Shown here piece after piece: positions 1 through 12,687 of a stretch of DNA of 64,000 bases. How positions within the stretch are numbered: position 1 is the stretch's first letter; the number at the start of each line of letters is the position of its first letter. The position numbers and the translations under genes are program-made. The notes under the pieces are model-generated. The model was not told where the DNA came from and did not search any database. It was given only the letters and a program-made list of their open reading frames with translations. This stretch comes from Lytechinus pictus (Eukaryota): contig NC_087250.1 in NCBI RefSeq assembly GCF_037042905.1, positions 5,272,001-5,336,000 of the forward strand. The letters are read 5' to 3'.

Positions 1-1999
1 GACACCCTTGACATGGCCAATGAATTCAACACATACTTTGTATCTGTAGGAGCCAGATTGTCTTTAAAATTTACCACAGGGGTAGAATGTAGTATTGACG
101 AGTTACTTACCAGTATAACTAAGCCTACCCCTGGTACTAAATTTGTCTTTGAACAGGTTGGGGAACAAAATGTATCAAAAATCATGAAGAAACTGCAAAC
201 ATCCAAAGCAAAGGGATTGGATGGTCTTGATACTGTGCTTCTAAAAGCAGCCTCTCCATTGATTTGTACTCACATCACTTCACTCTTTAATCGCTCACTA
301 GATTCTGGATTTATCCCCGATGAATGGAGACATGCTAAAGTTACTCCCATTCACAAGGGGGGTGAGAAACATGACCCTAATAACTATAGACCTATATCTG
401 TCATCCCTGTGGTTATGAAAATATTCGAAAGACTAGTCCATACCCAGGTTCAAGACTACTTTTTGGAACATAGTTTATTTGCTAGTGAACAGTCTGGATT
501 TCGGAAGAACCACTCAACAAGCACGGTTCTTACCTATTTGAGTGATCAACTGTACAAGCAAATGGATCAGGGTCGACTAACGGGAGTTGTGTTTTTAGAC
601 CTCAAGAAGGCATTTGACTCAGTCGACCATGATCTATTGCTTCACAAACTTACCATGTATGGAATTCTTGGAACGGAGTATAATTGGTTTGAAAACTACC
701 TGAAACATCGTTCGCAGTGTACTTCTGTAAAAACATCTTCCTCTGAATTGAAAAAAAGTACAAACAGGAGTGCCTCAAGGCTCAATCTTGGGGCCCCTCC
801 TGATCACTATAATGGTTAATGACATGCCCAATGTACTTAAGAAATGTAAGATCATGCTCTATGCTGATGATACTGCATTAATGTACAGTGCTAAATGCAC
901 TGAAGAAATTGAAACAGAAATCAATGCTGATCTTCAGAGAATAAGTCAATGGCTAATATTAAATCGACTTACACTAAACCCTGAAAAGTCGAAATTCATG
1001 TTATTTGGTACCTCAAACAAACTGAAAAATGCTAATCCCTTAAATGTGCAAGTCGATAATCATGCCTTTGAAAGAGTTCCAAATTTCAAATACCTGGGCA
1101 CGTGGTTGGACGAGTCACTCACCTGGCAAAAACAAGTTGATGAGATGAGCAAAAAGATTGGCACACGTATTGCCTTACTAAGTAGACTAAGAAAGTACTT
1201 AACTATCGATAGTGCCAAACTCCTAGCTAATGCATTGATAACACCTCATTTTGACTACTGCAGTCCTTCCTGGGCAAACTGTTCACAACATGTGAAGAAT
1301 GTTCTCATTGCCCAGCATAAGAAAATGGCAAGACTTGTCCTTAGATGCAATTTTATGACACCTACTGTTGAGGTATTGTCACAACTGAAATGGGTAAACA
1401 TTGAACAAAGATGGAAATTCAACAAATGTAAATTAATGTATAATCCCCTGAATGGAGAGGGTCCTAAATATATTTCTGATATGTTTACTAAGAGTAATAG
1501 TGTCCACACTCACAGTACGAGGGGTGCCACCTCACAAGGCTTGCTGGTACCTATGGTCAAAACGCAGATGGGGAAAAAAAGCTTTTCTCATGAAGGGTCA
1601 CTCTTGTGGAACGGACTTCCTTCAGCACTTAAAAATGCAGCAACCAAAGAAGCATTCACCACCTTATACTGGAGATTAGTAAAAACTCATGGGGGATTGT
1701 AATTACTTGTTTATGCAGTTGTTAGCTTGCCAGGGAGTGTAAATCATTTGAATAGCAATCTTATGTAATATTATATTTTCATGTAACATGCAGTCACTAT
1801 TGAATCTTCATTACTCATATCATACGCAATATTTCATACGCTGTGTAAAATAAATGTATATAATTGTTAATTAACTAAAATAATATGATGTAGTCGAATG
1901 TATATTGAGAAGTAATAACCACTCTGTAGTATAAGTGTAATGTATCTTTTTTTAAAATAGAAGTAACTTGTATCCGATACGTATACACTCATAGTTCTT

Positions 2000-2049
<50 letters not shown>

Positions 2050-2390
2050 TATGTTAGATTGATTTCTAGATTTACCCTTTCATTGTCACTAAATTGATAA
2101 ATTTATAAGTATGAAAACGTAGAAACCTATAATAATGAAAATACATACTTATTAATTTTTCCTTGTTTTCCTGTCAATTTCCAATACTGGTTCCTTTCTC
2201 AAGAACTCAAATCATTTTCTCTCTTCGTATTACAGTGTAACAATGTTGACTTTTAATGTGTTGTATAATATGTGTTCTTTTGATTGTTTTATGTATATAT
2301 GTATTGTGCAGGGCCCTGGTTGACAACAGTGTCTAAACCACTGATCAGGCTACCCTGGGTAAAGAAGACAAATAAAATAAAAAATAAAAT
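1..2390 (+). mobile_element. CR1/L2-group (Crack/Daphne-like) LINE: ORF2 reverse transcriptase region plus 3' UTR, running off the window start
   Basis: ORFs 13-819 and 770-1702 carry non-LTR RT motifs (KAKGLDG, YRPIS, QSGFR, FLDLKKAFDSVDH, GVPQGSILGP, YADD, YLG). The long AT-rich 3' UTR ends in GCAGGGCCC...GGCTACCCTGGG and an (AAAAT)n-like tail at about 2370-2390. Confidence 0.93.
13..1702 (+). pseudogene. LINE ORF2 RT coding region with a single frameshift in an A7 run at 751-757
   Basis: Removing one A joins ...ELKK to VQTGVPQGSILGP; no other stop or frameshift is seen. Confidence 0.88.
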
Positions 2391-3850
2391 AGTAAAAATG
2401 TTGTCTTAAACATGTTTTCCAACTACATACATCACATATTGGTCATGGAGATAATAAATACTGTAATTTGAAATCCATCATGACTGCCTAAAAGTATTAT
2501 GGTAATTGGAACTTGGGACGTATAATTTTGACAGAATTTGGCTCTGCTTGACCATGTTGACTATAAATATTGCATATATAATTGTGATGTGAGGGTGAAA
2601 TATTTCTAAAACCATGGTTTCTAACGAGGTATATTATATCTTGTGTAATTAAGTTGATAAATTCTGCATTTTGAAATTGAAAATGGCCACCATAGGCCAT
2701 TATCGCCTAAATGGGGACAGAAAATTTTCACAAAATGGCATATAGCGGCCATTTTGAATGTTAAAATACAGTATTTATCACGTAAATTATATAAGATGGA
2801 GCGTTGTGGCCCAGTGGATTAGTCTTCAGACTTTGAAACAGAGGGTCGTGGGTTCGAATCCCAGCCATGGCGTAATGTCCTTCAGCAAGATACTGATCCA
2901 CAGTGTGCTGCACTCAACCCAGGTGAGGTAAATGGGTACCGGTAGGAAGTAATTCCTTAAAAATCTGTGTGCGCTATGAACGCCTAGCTTAGCCGGGTAA
3001 TATAGGAGCGCCTTGAGCACCTAACAAGGTGGATATGTGCGCAATATAAATACCCTATATTATTATATTATATTTTGTTGTAGTTTTCAGACAATATTTC
3101 ACTCATACAACACCATTTAGTCAAGCAAAGCCAAATTTTGTTGAAATCATTTGTTCCCATTTACAATGATACATAATACAGTATATTTCACCTACCTGGC
3201 AGAATAAATGATATATCTTGTTAGAAACTATGCTTTTAGACAATATTTTACTCATGGATCACTATTACGTGCATTTATGGTGCTCACTCCTGTGAATATT
3301 GGTTTCCCCAGTTCGCATTATGCATAATACAGTCAATGTCTATGGCGGCCATTTTGAAAGTCAAAATACAATATTTAACACAAACTACAAACCTGAATGA
3401 TGCATTTCGTTAAAAACTATGTTTTTTAGACAGTATCCAATTACCTTATCACATATTATGCATTTTAGTGCTCACTCTTGTGATTTCTTTGGTCCTTTTT
3501 CTCATTGTACAGGTTTTGGTATCCATTTTTTTAAATATTATCACATACACGTCATGGCATATTATTAACTAAAATATTTCTTTAACAATTGTGTTTTTAG
3601 TCAGTATATATTCCACTCGTTTATCTTAGTAATATGCATTTTGTTGCTCACTCTTGTGAAGTTTTTGGCCACCATTGCCATTTTACATAATACTGTTTGG
3701 GCCAGTTCCGGCTATTTTATGTATGTTCTCATACATGACATAATAAATGATGATTTGCATACAGTAATATGTTCATAGATCACAATTTCTTGCAGTTTAG
3801 TGCTCATTTTTGTGAAAATTAGTTTTCCCTATTCATATTGTACGTAATGA
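2391..3850. repeat. Diverged tandem subrepeat array (GGCCATTTTGAA / TGCTCACTC motifs), probably a DNA-transposon arm remnant
   Basis: Recurring motifs GCGGCCATTTTGAA (about 2745, 3345) and GTGCTCACTC-like (about 3280, 3470, 3645, 3800), similar to subrepeats in 26281-30612. Confidence 0.45.
2798..3072 (+). mobile_element. tRNA-derived SINE with CORE-like body and L2-like tail
   Basis: A box TGGCCCAGTGG, B box GGTTCGAATCC, central TCCTTCAGCAAG...CCCAGGTGAGGTAAATGGGTACC, tail GCGCCTTGAG...GCGCAATATAAAT followed by a TAT-rich end. Confidence 0.88.
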
Positions 3851-4007
3851 TGATGGGTATTTTTTCCCCCGGATATTGGGTCAAATACATGTTTGATGGG
3901 TATTTTTTTTAACGCAACATTTACAAAATATTTAATCCTTTTTTTATCCAAGAGACACGCATTCCCACTTTACCCAATATTGGGTAAACTTTGTGTAAGA
4001 GACTTAC

Positions 4008-4086
4008 CCCTTTGATCGTTGCCTTGCGCCATGAAACTTCTCTACAGGCATACCAGACGAACCCATCAAAGATAGAACAGGTTGAC
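4008..4086 (-). CDS. Putative internal exon B, copy 1 (GQPVLSLMGSSGMPVEKFHGARQRSKG), unknown protein
   Basis: 79 nt, weak acceptor TTATTCAAG, donor GTAAGT. Phase 1 start and phase 2 end, matching exon A on both sides. Open in both copies. Confidence 0.55.
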
Positions 4087-4220
4087 CTTGAATAAGCAAC
4101 GATAATATTTTGTATTTAAAAATGGATGAAAGAAAAGAGAGGGAGAAATACGTCACGGTAAACAAAAAGTAAACTTAAAAGATGAGCTATGGTAGAGATA
4201 TGGTGGAGATATGGTGGATA

Positions 4221-4258
<38 letters not shown>

Positions 4259-4922
4259 CTATGAAAGAGAAAAATGTTTAACCTTTATTTTCACCTTTTT
4301 TATGTTGTTCAGGTTGTAAGAACGGAGCCATCATATCAATGGCTCTGAATATGAATCTAACTAAAATCCCTGTAGAAAAAAAATAAAACATGAGGTAACA
4401 GTAGTCAGACATTATTCGTCCAAAAAAATTAACGCAAATCGTAATCCCGAGTAAATTACCCTAATTTATATGTATATACATAGGCAGGGAGGGAATTCTT
4501 AATATCTGAGAAAGGTCATTTATTCATGTTACGGTATTGTTCGTGAATATATTGCAGATATTTCATGGGAATAGTCGGGACACTGTAAGTACGTCTTAGA
4601 TAAAAATTAATAAATAATACAGATCTATAAGCTTATTGCTAGAGTTACGCGATATTCTTCTCTTCTTCTCTTCTCTTCTCTCTTATTCTTTTTTTATTTC
4701 CTCTTTCGTCTTCTTTTCTTCCCCCTTACCAAATGATTTTTCCCTCTGTTCCATAAGAATGCACTTACGCTTCGTTGGCGATGGCAGAATGATAATTTGC
4801 TCATCCAAAACACTTGTCGTAAATTACGTGCTTCCAGGAGTATTATTGACATGGTTTATGTTTCTTTGTATTTTTGTTTAGGTTTTCTCTTTTACCTAAG
4901 TATTAGATTGTATTATACTCAC

Positions 4923-5158
4923 CATCCGTAAACGCTGTAGACAGTCCAAATCTTTCGAAACATGCTATTATCTGTTCACTAGATTTTGTATTTAGTCTAT
5001 TTACATAGATATCTTTTATGTCCAAAGTCTGAGAGAACTTAAGTGTCGCATTTTTTGGTACACCAAGCTCTAACAAATTTTCAATCAGTTTCGATAAGAT
5101 TTTGTTGATCCGTTGTTTTACTGCTGTAGTCCTAGCGGCATCTTGTGAATCAATGTCC
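4923..5158 (-). CDS. Putative internal exon A, copy 1 (DIDSQDAARTTAVKQRINKILSKLIENLLELGVPKNATLKFSQTLDIKDIYVNRLNTKSSEQIIACFERFGLSTAFTD), unknown helical-looking domain
   Basis: 236 nt, polypyrimidine tract plus CAG acceptor, GTGAGT donor, stop-free in AT-rich DNA. Indels relative to copy 2 preserve the frame. Confidence 0.68.
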
Positions 5159-5334
5159 CTGACAAAAAAAACAAATAAAGAAGCAAATGAAAATCACCAA
5201 TTAATTTCCAAAATAATATTTTATTTTTCTATTTACTAGTATCCTCCTGCAAGACTAATTGGACTTTGATTCATTGTTGGCATAACGGTGTTAAAAGTAT
5301 CCATTGATAATTCGAAAACTGAAAGTGAAAGTGA

Positions 5335-5526
5335 TTCCATTCAATTTAATTCAATTCTTTTATTTCATTTCCATTCAAAACATAATACAGAGTAATATAA
5401 AGCAATACAAATCAAGTACAATTTTACAGAAGGGCATTCTTAATTCGTAAAAAAGATTTAAAAAAAAAACAGTATAATATAGAGCATAAATGGAAATGAG
5501 GGGGATCCACTAAAAAGCAAAGCTGT
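5335..5526 (-). mobile_element. Short LINE 3'-end fragment present only in duplication copy 1
   Basis: (ATTCA)n-like tail and TTTATT on the + strand, GGGGGATCCACTAAAAAGCAAAGC motif. Absent from copy 2 (about 10115). Confidence 0.5.
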
Positions 5527-6876
5527 AATATCTTATTTTTCAATTTCTCCTACACACCCTTTTTAACCCAAAAACACCCATGCGCACACAAACACACACC
5601 CAGATGGGTAAGCTTACACAAAAAAACAAAAAATATCAAAAATGTAATTGAAAGTTTTTGTTTTACTCCAAAATTAGATCGGATGCACGATGTAGCCAAC
5701 ATAAGCTAACACACCTACTGCAATCATCTGTTTGGTTATATCGTATTTTTGTCCATTCCTTTCTTTTTTTAAAGCTGTTATTTATTGAATTCATTTAGTA
5801 CACCAATACAAAATAATTTTTTCGAGTATAAAAATACAAACAAAATACAAATAGTTGTTTCATCATTCAATTGACTTGATCAAAAAGAAATATCTGCAAT
5901 AATGTATACATAAGTAAACATTGTTAACAATAATTCGTCGGCGGTCATCCGAACCGTCGTATCACACATACGACGGTACAAACCTATTTCAGAGAAAATC
6001 GACTTCAAAGTTTACTAAAAATTCTACACATGGTTCCTCAGCCTTACAGCGGGTACATTTCGTAATTCCGAGGATTCGTTATTCCGAAGGTTCGCAATTC
6101 CGAAACACATTTTTTGCCTATACCTCGATGTTCGTTAATCCGAAAACGAAAAAGGGTTCGTCAATCCGTTTTATACCAATTGAGTACACCTTCCTCTACA
6201 AAGCTTGCACATTTTTAGATCCGGTCAAGTCAGTCAGGGAGAATGCGCAGTTCAACGTTGAGGGGGACATATCGAGCATGAGCATGCGCAGTTATCCCAT
6301 GTAAGTACTGTACATGTATATCGAAAAATATGCGGAGCTAGAAGAAAACTATTCCCAGCTATTTGCACGGATGTGCTCTCTTATTGAAATTATACTTTGT
6401 CACATGATCACGAATTGACCAATCGTTTATCTAGAATACTCATGAATATTCACAAGAGGGATAGAAACCCTACTAGAAAGAACCCAGTGTCCTACAGTGT
6501 GCTCACAGTATTCAACAGTATCAGCAGTGTGAATCACGTATGCACATAGCAGTCAGACCGCAGGTCCCTATGCTAATGAGCAAAAAGGCCAGATTCATCC
6601 AAATCATCTCGTGGCTGAATCCTCCTCCTTGCAAAATCTCGTGATTCGTGAGATTTTCTTTCTCTAAGAATTTACCTCTTTTAACCTCAAGTTAAATGGA
6701 ATATTATTGCACCATCAGATAGAGTAAAAGTTACTCTTTCATATTGGTCATTTATTTTGTATACAATATTTTGTTAAAGAAGTAAATTTCTAGCCTGAAA
6801 ATGTGCCTCAAAACTGAATTTTCTTCCTCTGTTTTCTTTTGCAAATTGTGCAAAACCTTTTATTTTGAGCCTCAAT

Positions 6877-7354
6877 AGGTGGTTTCAGACCGCCTCGAAG
6901 TTCGCCAGTTCCAGGTATTCTCTGATCGGGAAATTTACCCCGATCAGAAAATACCAGGTATTTTGGCGGTCTGAAAGCAAACTACGCGTAATATCCCCGA
7001 AAGAAAATACCCGATAAATAGTAGGTACTTGGCGAAATTACGAGAACTTTCGCGGGGATTTTTCCAAGGTCGTGGGTATTTTGGCGGTCTGAAAGCAAAT
7101 TACCGGAACTTTTAGCCCAGCGTGTCGTTGGGTGCGGCGCCGTGCATGGGTTGCTGCTGGGCTAGTGATTTTGAATTTCGCGCCTTGCTGCTTATCAGAC
7201 CATACTGCGCATGCTCGTAACTTCAGGAACTTATCCCGAAGGGTATGTTTCAGGGCGGTGTGAATGCAGGAATAATTAATGGGTATTTTTCAGCCTAAAA
7301 AAGTTCTCGTAATTTAATGGGGATTCTTGTGATCGAGGCGGTTTGAAACCACCT
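6877..7354. mobile_element. MITE with 3-bp TSD (PIF/Harbinger-like)
   Basis: TIRs AGGTGGTTTCAGACCGCCTCGA / TCGAGGCGGTTTGAAACCACCT, with AAT on both flanks. Confidence 0.82.
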
Positions 7355-7431
7355 AATGATATCTATATCACCATAAAGCTGAACTTCTGTACTTTCTCAC
7401 AATGCCACTCTTGATATGCGGCATCTTTTAA

Positions 7432-7717
7432 TCGGGTCAAGATCACACTCTTCCCACCAAGGTACAAGACGAGATTTCTGAAATGTTGTACTTGCGTGAA
7501 ATCTAGAGTTCTGATTGGCTGGATAAGCTTCACAGAACAACAGGCGCGGGGTATTTGAGGAGATTACCACATGGGAAGTGTGACCTTCCCACGAACCCAG
7601 GCACTGGGACTGTTGGAATTTGCCATTGTGTGGTCTTTTTGACCAATCAGAGTGCAGTATTCTTGTTTTCAAACTGCTTTATGTACTTGGCATGTGAAAA
7701 GTGTGATCTTGACCCGA
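7432..7717. mobile_element. MITE flanked by TTAA
   Basis: Perfect TIR TCGGGTCAAGATCACACT / AGTGTGATCTTGACCCGA, with TTAA on both sides. Confidence 0.8.
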
Positions 7718-8338
7718 TTAAACAAATTCTTATTTTGAAACCTATATCATTTCAAAGCATACATATTCAGCTTTATCATGATATAAAAATCATTTGGGCT
7801 CAAATAAAAATAAAGTGCGAAAATAGCAGCTTTTGTCAGGTAAAAATATTTATTTTGTAGCATATTTTAGATCAAAATTTTAACCTATATTACAAAATCT
7901 TTGAATAAATCCAAACACATGACCTGAAAGAATGATTCTTCTTCTTTACAATGGTACCAAATTCATGAAATTCGATGCACAATTAGAGCAGCAATGACCG
8001 AATGAAAAGAGGTGTTTTGGTCCGCATCAAGCTCATTAAATATGCAAAACATCTCAAGTCATGAATATCACTTGGATGAAAGAAGCCACTTTCTTGGGAC
8101 CTGCAGTCTGACTGATAGTCGACCATATGAACACACTGAAAAGAGTAACGCTGTCGATGTGTCCATAATTTGAAAATATCTTCACACCGTTGAATTTCAG
8201 CATCAGATTTTACATAGTCCACTCTGTGCACACAATTGAGACCTGCACGCTGTGTGACACTGTTCTTTCCAAAAGGATTAAAATATATAACCCGTTTTGG
8301 GTAAATTAAGCAAAATTTTAACATGTCATAACATAATA

Positions 8339-8531
8339 CACTCTAAAAAAATATCCAATGCCGGAATATACATGTTTGCTGGGTATTTTTCCCCCTGATA
8401 TTGGGTCAAATGCATGTTTCAAGGGTAAATTTCAACGCAACATTTACAAAATATTTAATCCTTTTTTCGTCCAACAGACACGCATGTTCCCATTTTACCA
8501 ATATTGGGTAAACTTTTTTTTTCTTAGAGTG
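8339..8531. mobile_element. MITE with TA TSD (CACTCTAA...TTAGAGTG)
   Basis: TIRs with TA flanks. A partly deleted counterpart lies at about 3854-3995, and relatives at 47778-47980 and 49645-49847. Confidence 0.72.
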
Positions 8532-8543
8532 TAAGAGACTTAC

Positions 8544-8622
8544 CCCTTTGATCTTTGCCTTGCGCCATGTACCTTCTCTACAGGCATTCCAGGCGAACCG
8601 GTAAGAGATAGAACAGGTTGAC
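8544..8622 (-). CDS. Putative internal exon B, copy 2 (GQPVLSLTGSPGMPVEKVHGARQRSKG)
   Basis: 79 nt with the same splice sites and phases as copy 1; open frame. Confidence 0.55.
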
Positions 8623-9383
8623 CTTGAATAAGCAACGATAATATTTTGTATTTAGAAATGGATCAAAGACAAGAGAGGGAGAAATACGTCACACTGAACA
8701 CAAAGTAAACTTAAAATATGAGCTATGGTGGATATATATATATATATAATCTGTGAAAGAGAAAAATGTTTAACCTTTATTTTCACTTTTTTATGTTGTT
8801 CAGGTAGTAAGAACGGAGCCATCATATCAATGGCTCTGAATATGAATCTAACTCAAATCCCTGTATAACATAAGGTAACAGTAGTCAGACATTATTCGTC
8901 CAAAAAATTAACGCAAATCGTAATCCCGAGTAAATTACCCTAATTTTTATGTATATACATAGGCAGGGAGGGAATTCTTAATATCTGAGAAAGGTAATTT
9001 ATTCATTTTACGGTATTGTTCGTGAATATATTGCAGATAGTTCATGGGAATAGTCGGGACACTGTAAGTACGTCTTAGATAAAAATTAATAAATAATACA
9101 GATCTATAAGCTTATTGCTAGAGTTACGCGATTTTCTCTCTTCTTTTTTTTCCTTATTTTCTCTTTCTTCTTCTTTTCTTTTCCCTTACCAAATGATTTT
9201 TCCCTCTGTTCCATAAAAATGCACTTACGCTTCTTTAGCGATGGCAAAATGACAATTTGCTCATCCAAAACACTTGTCGTAAATTACGTGCTTCCATGAG
9301 TATTATTGACATGGTTTATGTTTCTTTGTATCTTTGTTAAAGGTTTTCTCTTTTACCTAAGTATTAAATTGTATTATACTCAC

Positions 9384-9616
9384 CATCCGTAAACGTTGTA
9401 GACAGTCCAAAGCTTTCCAGACATGCTATTATCTGTTTTGTATTTAGACGATTTGCAAAGATATCTTTTATGTCCAAAGTCTGTAGGAACTTAAGTGTCA
9501 CATTTGTTGGTACACCAAGCACTAACAAATCTTCAATTAGTTTCGATGAGATGTTGCTGATCCATTTTTTTACTATTCTATTCTTTTCAGTATCTTGTGA
9601 ATCAATGTTCAGGAAA
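9384..9616 (-). CDS. Putative internal exon A, copy 2 (FLNIDSQDTEKNRIVKKWISNISSKLIEDLLVLGVPTNVTLKFLQTLDIKDIFANRLNTKQIIACLESFGLSTTFTD)
   Basis: 233 nt, TTTTTTTCAG acceptor, GTGAGT donor, open frame; +6 and -9 nt relative to copy 1. Confidence 0.68.
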
Positions 9617-9761
9617 CTGAAAAAAATAAATAAAGAAGCAAATGAAAATCACCAAGTAATTTCCAAAATAATATTTTTTTTTTCTATTTACTAGTATCCT
9701 CTTGCAAGACCAATTGGACTTTGATTCATTGTTGACATAATGGTGTTAAAAGTGTTCATTG

Positions 9762-10081
9762 CAGGGGCGGAAATCTCCCCCAAAAGGTAAAGGGGGACAA
9801 AGGGCTCGAAAATTTGACAAGCAAAATAAAAGGTAATCACCCAAAATTTTAGGTCAATCCGTCGAAACTAAATTTGACAAGCAAAACAAAAAATTTAAAG
9901 GGTTATTATCCCAAAAGTAATGTCATTTCGTCCTAAAATATCGATTTTGAATGACAAATTTCTTACCATCATAAAAGACCACAAATAGTAGGGGGGACAT
10001 TTGATATTGTGTCCCCCTACTATTTTGAGTAGGGGGAGGGACACGTCCCTCCGGTCCCCCCCCCTGGGATTTCCGCCCATG
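9762..10081. mobile_element. hAT-like MITE with 8-bp TSD GTTCATTG
   Basis: TIR CAGGGGCGGAAATC / GATTTCCGCCCATG, exact 8-bp TSD, and an empty site in copy 1 (about 5300). Confidence 0.88.
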
Positions 10082-10650
10082 GTTCATTGCTATATGCAAA
10101 ATGAAAGTGAAAGTGATTATAATGTCTTTTCAATTTCTCCTACACACCCTTTTAAACACACGCGTGCGCGCGCGCGCGCGCACACACACACACACACCCA
10201 GATGGGTGAGCTTACACAAAACAAAAACAAAAAAAATCAAAAATGTGATTGAAAGTTTTTGTTTTACTACAAAATGAGATCGGATGCACGATGTAGCCAA
10301 CATAAGGTAACACACCTACTGCAAGCATATGTTTGATTATATCGCATTTTTGTCCATTCCTTTCTTTTTTTTAAGCTGTTATTTATTGAATTCATTTAGC
10401 ACACCAATACAATATAATTTTTTCGAGTAACAAAATACAAATAAATACAAACAGTTGCTTAGCCATTCGGTTGACTTGATCAAATAAGAAATATCTACAA
10501 TAATGTATACATAAGTAAACATTGTTAACAATAATTCGTCGGCGGTCATCCGAACCGTCATATCACACATACAACGGTGCAAACCCATGACTGAGGAAAT
10601 CGACTTCAAAGTTTACTATATTTTTCATATTTGGTTCCCCAGCCTTACAA

Positions 10651-11390
10651 CGGTTACACTTCGTAATTCCGAGGATTCGTTATTCCGAAATACGTAAATT
10701 GCCTATACCTCGATGTTTGTTAATCCGAAAATGAAAAAAGTGTTCGTCAATCCGAACATTGGTGACGTTATTCCGAAGGTTCGTTATTCCGAAAACGAAA
10801 TAAGGTTCGTAAGTCCGAAAACGAAGTAAGGTTCGTTGTTCCAAAGGTTCGTTAATCTGAAAAAATAAGGTTCCTTATTCCGAAGGTTAGTTAATCCGAA
10901 AAATGAAATAATCGGTGGCAAAGCAGGAAAAATCGGAAGGGTAAGCGTTTGGGGTTACACGTCGTAATTCCAAAGGTTTTTTATTTCGAAGGTTCGTAAT
11001 TCCGAAACAAGTAAATTGCCTATACCGCGATGTTCGTCAATCCGAAAACTAAACAGGGTTCGTTAATCGGAACATTTGAGGCGCTATTTCGAAGGTTTGT
11101 TATTCCGAAGGTTCGATAATATAACCCGAAAACAAAATAAGGTTCGTTGTTCCGAAGATTCGTTAATCCGAAAAAGAAATAAGGTTCGTTGTTCCGAAGG
11201 TTCGTTCATCCGAAAATAAAATAAGGTTCGTTGTTCCGGAGATTCATTAATCCGAAAAAGAAATAAGGTTCGTTGTTCCGAAGGTTAGTTAATCCAAAAA
11301 CGAAATAGGGTTTGTTGTTCCGAAGGTTCGTTAATCCGAAAACGAAATAAGGTTCTTTATTCCGAAGGTTCGTTAATCCGAAAAATGAAA
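10651..11390 (+). repeat. Minisatellite-like array (CCGAAGGTTCGTTAATCCGAAAACGAAATAAGGTTCG), arm of a foldback MITE family
   Basis: Many tandem copies. The same unit occurs at about 6055-6165, 16040-16170, 16460-16630, 18780-19010, 19186-19721 and 20062-20434. Confidence 0.85.
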
Positions 11391-11459
11391 ACCTGGAAAG
11401 CAGAGGAAGGGCAAGTGTGGTGGTGGGTGAAACACCGTTGCTGTTTAATCATCATGACG

Positions 11460-12100
11460 ATGGGAAGGTAAGGGCGGCCGAACAAATTTTCGTTAGGGGG
11501 GCAAATCCAAAAATGACACTCGTACGTCAAGACGGGCACTGTGGTGATATATTCACCATGAGACTATCATCTGCGTGAAGTCATTGTGTGTTTTATAAAG
11601 TAGAGAAAAGCCTTTTTGAATTGACTTCTGATTATGGAAAGATGTATATTTAGGCTTTTATTTCGCGAGAGAGTATAATGAGCGAGGGCTTTGGAAAACA
11701 TTCAAAGCTGAAGTTGTAAAACTCGTTTTGGGGGTCAATTACAATTAAAATGGCATTATTGCGAGGTGTTGCGAGCGTGAATCACAATCTTAAGCTTTAG
11801 GGCATTTTAATAAGAAATGAAAAGAAAAAAAATTCGAGCAAGTTTCTGCTATCACTAAAAAGATGTTCATCTAGCCATGGACCCTATGGTCCATGAACTA
11901 CTAGCGCAAAGCTCGAGCTTAAATATACTGACCAAAAAAGGAACCTGTTAAAGACTGCATTTATATTAGTGATCTCTTTAGGAGACATATTTCACCAATC
12001 GAATAGTTCGAGTGCGAAGCGCGAGCTGAAAAATTGTAATATTCCAGCCTGAAAATTTATCTGAAATGTATACTTTAAAAAGAGTATTTGTCCCAAGCCC
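11460..12100. repeat. Dispersed non-autonomous element family with GCGCGAAGCGCGAGC subrepeats (also about 16640-17290, 18340-18770, 48340-48850, 51555-52860, 55680-56804)
   Basis: Recurring GCG(C)GAAGCGCGAGC motif; 11600-12090 is colinear with 16740-17290. Confidence 0.65.
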
Positions 12101-12687
12101 GAGATACGGCACATATCCCTCTTGCAAATGAAAAATACAGACTTGAATACAGACGTTATCGGCGAAAACGAGAGAACTAGCTTGCTTAGTTCGCTCGCGC
12201 CCTGTATGGATTCTGTGGAGGCTCAGACAGGATCCAGTCGTAAATCTTCTACTGGACCGAAAATTTCAAGAAGAAGAGAATGGAGCAGAAGAGAAAATAT
12301 GAAAGTCGTGGAATATTATCATGAGAGCAGACCTGACAAGGAAAGAGGCTACATCAAGAGAATGTACAAGATCTGGCAATAGAAGGGTCTTTTCTAAACA
12401 TCAGAGCAGAGACTTGCAGATCAGGTACGTGTGATCCAAAGAAATGAGATACTGACTGAAATTGAGAGGGAAGGGATCAAAAGAAATGTGAATGAACCTG
12501 TGAGAGATGAGCAGGGGGAAGTACTCAGACCGGGAAGAGAAGAAGAGCAGACAGAAGCAACAGCTCCACTTTGAAGAGGATTGGGTACAACCACTGACAG
12601 ATAGGAAGAAGAGCAGGAAGAGACAAGATTATATTATTGTAGATAAAAGAGGAGAGGGTTAATGCAAGAAAAGCACCCCACCCCCCC

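Larger units (their letters stand above)
3854..6165 (+). repeat. Local segmental duplication, copy 1 (about 2.3 kb; copy 2 at about 8380-10755)
   Basis: Colinear direct similarity; 4401-4650 vs 8881-9130 is nearly identical. Confidence 0.92.
8380..10755 (+). repeat. Local segmental duplication, copy 2
   Basis: Direct repeat of about 3854-6165 with copy-specific TE insertions. Confidence 0.92.

Noticed and set aside
2798..2875. tRNA genes at 2798, 44061 and 59536
   Set aside because: The first two continue into SINE bodies and tails and the third sits in a tandem unit; acceptor stems and terminators are not convincing.
4285..4370. An additional exon between exons A and B (ILVRFIFRAIDMMAPF...)
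   Set aside because: The phase-compatible frame has an immediate TGA in copy 2 and no clear donor; plus-strand alternatives also hit stops.
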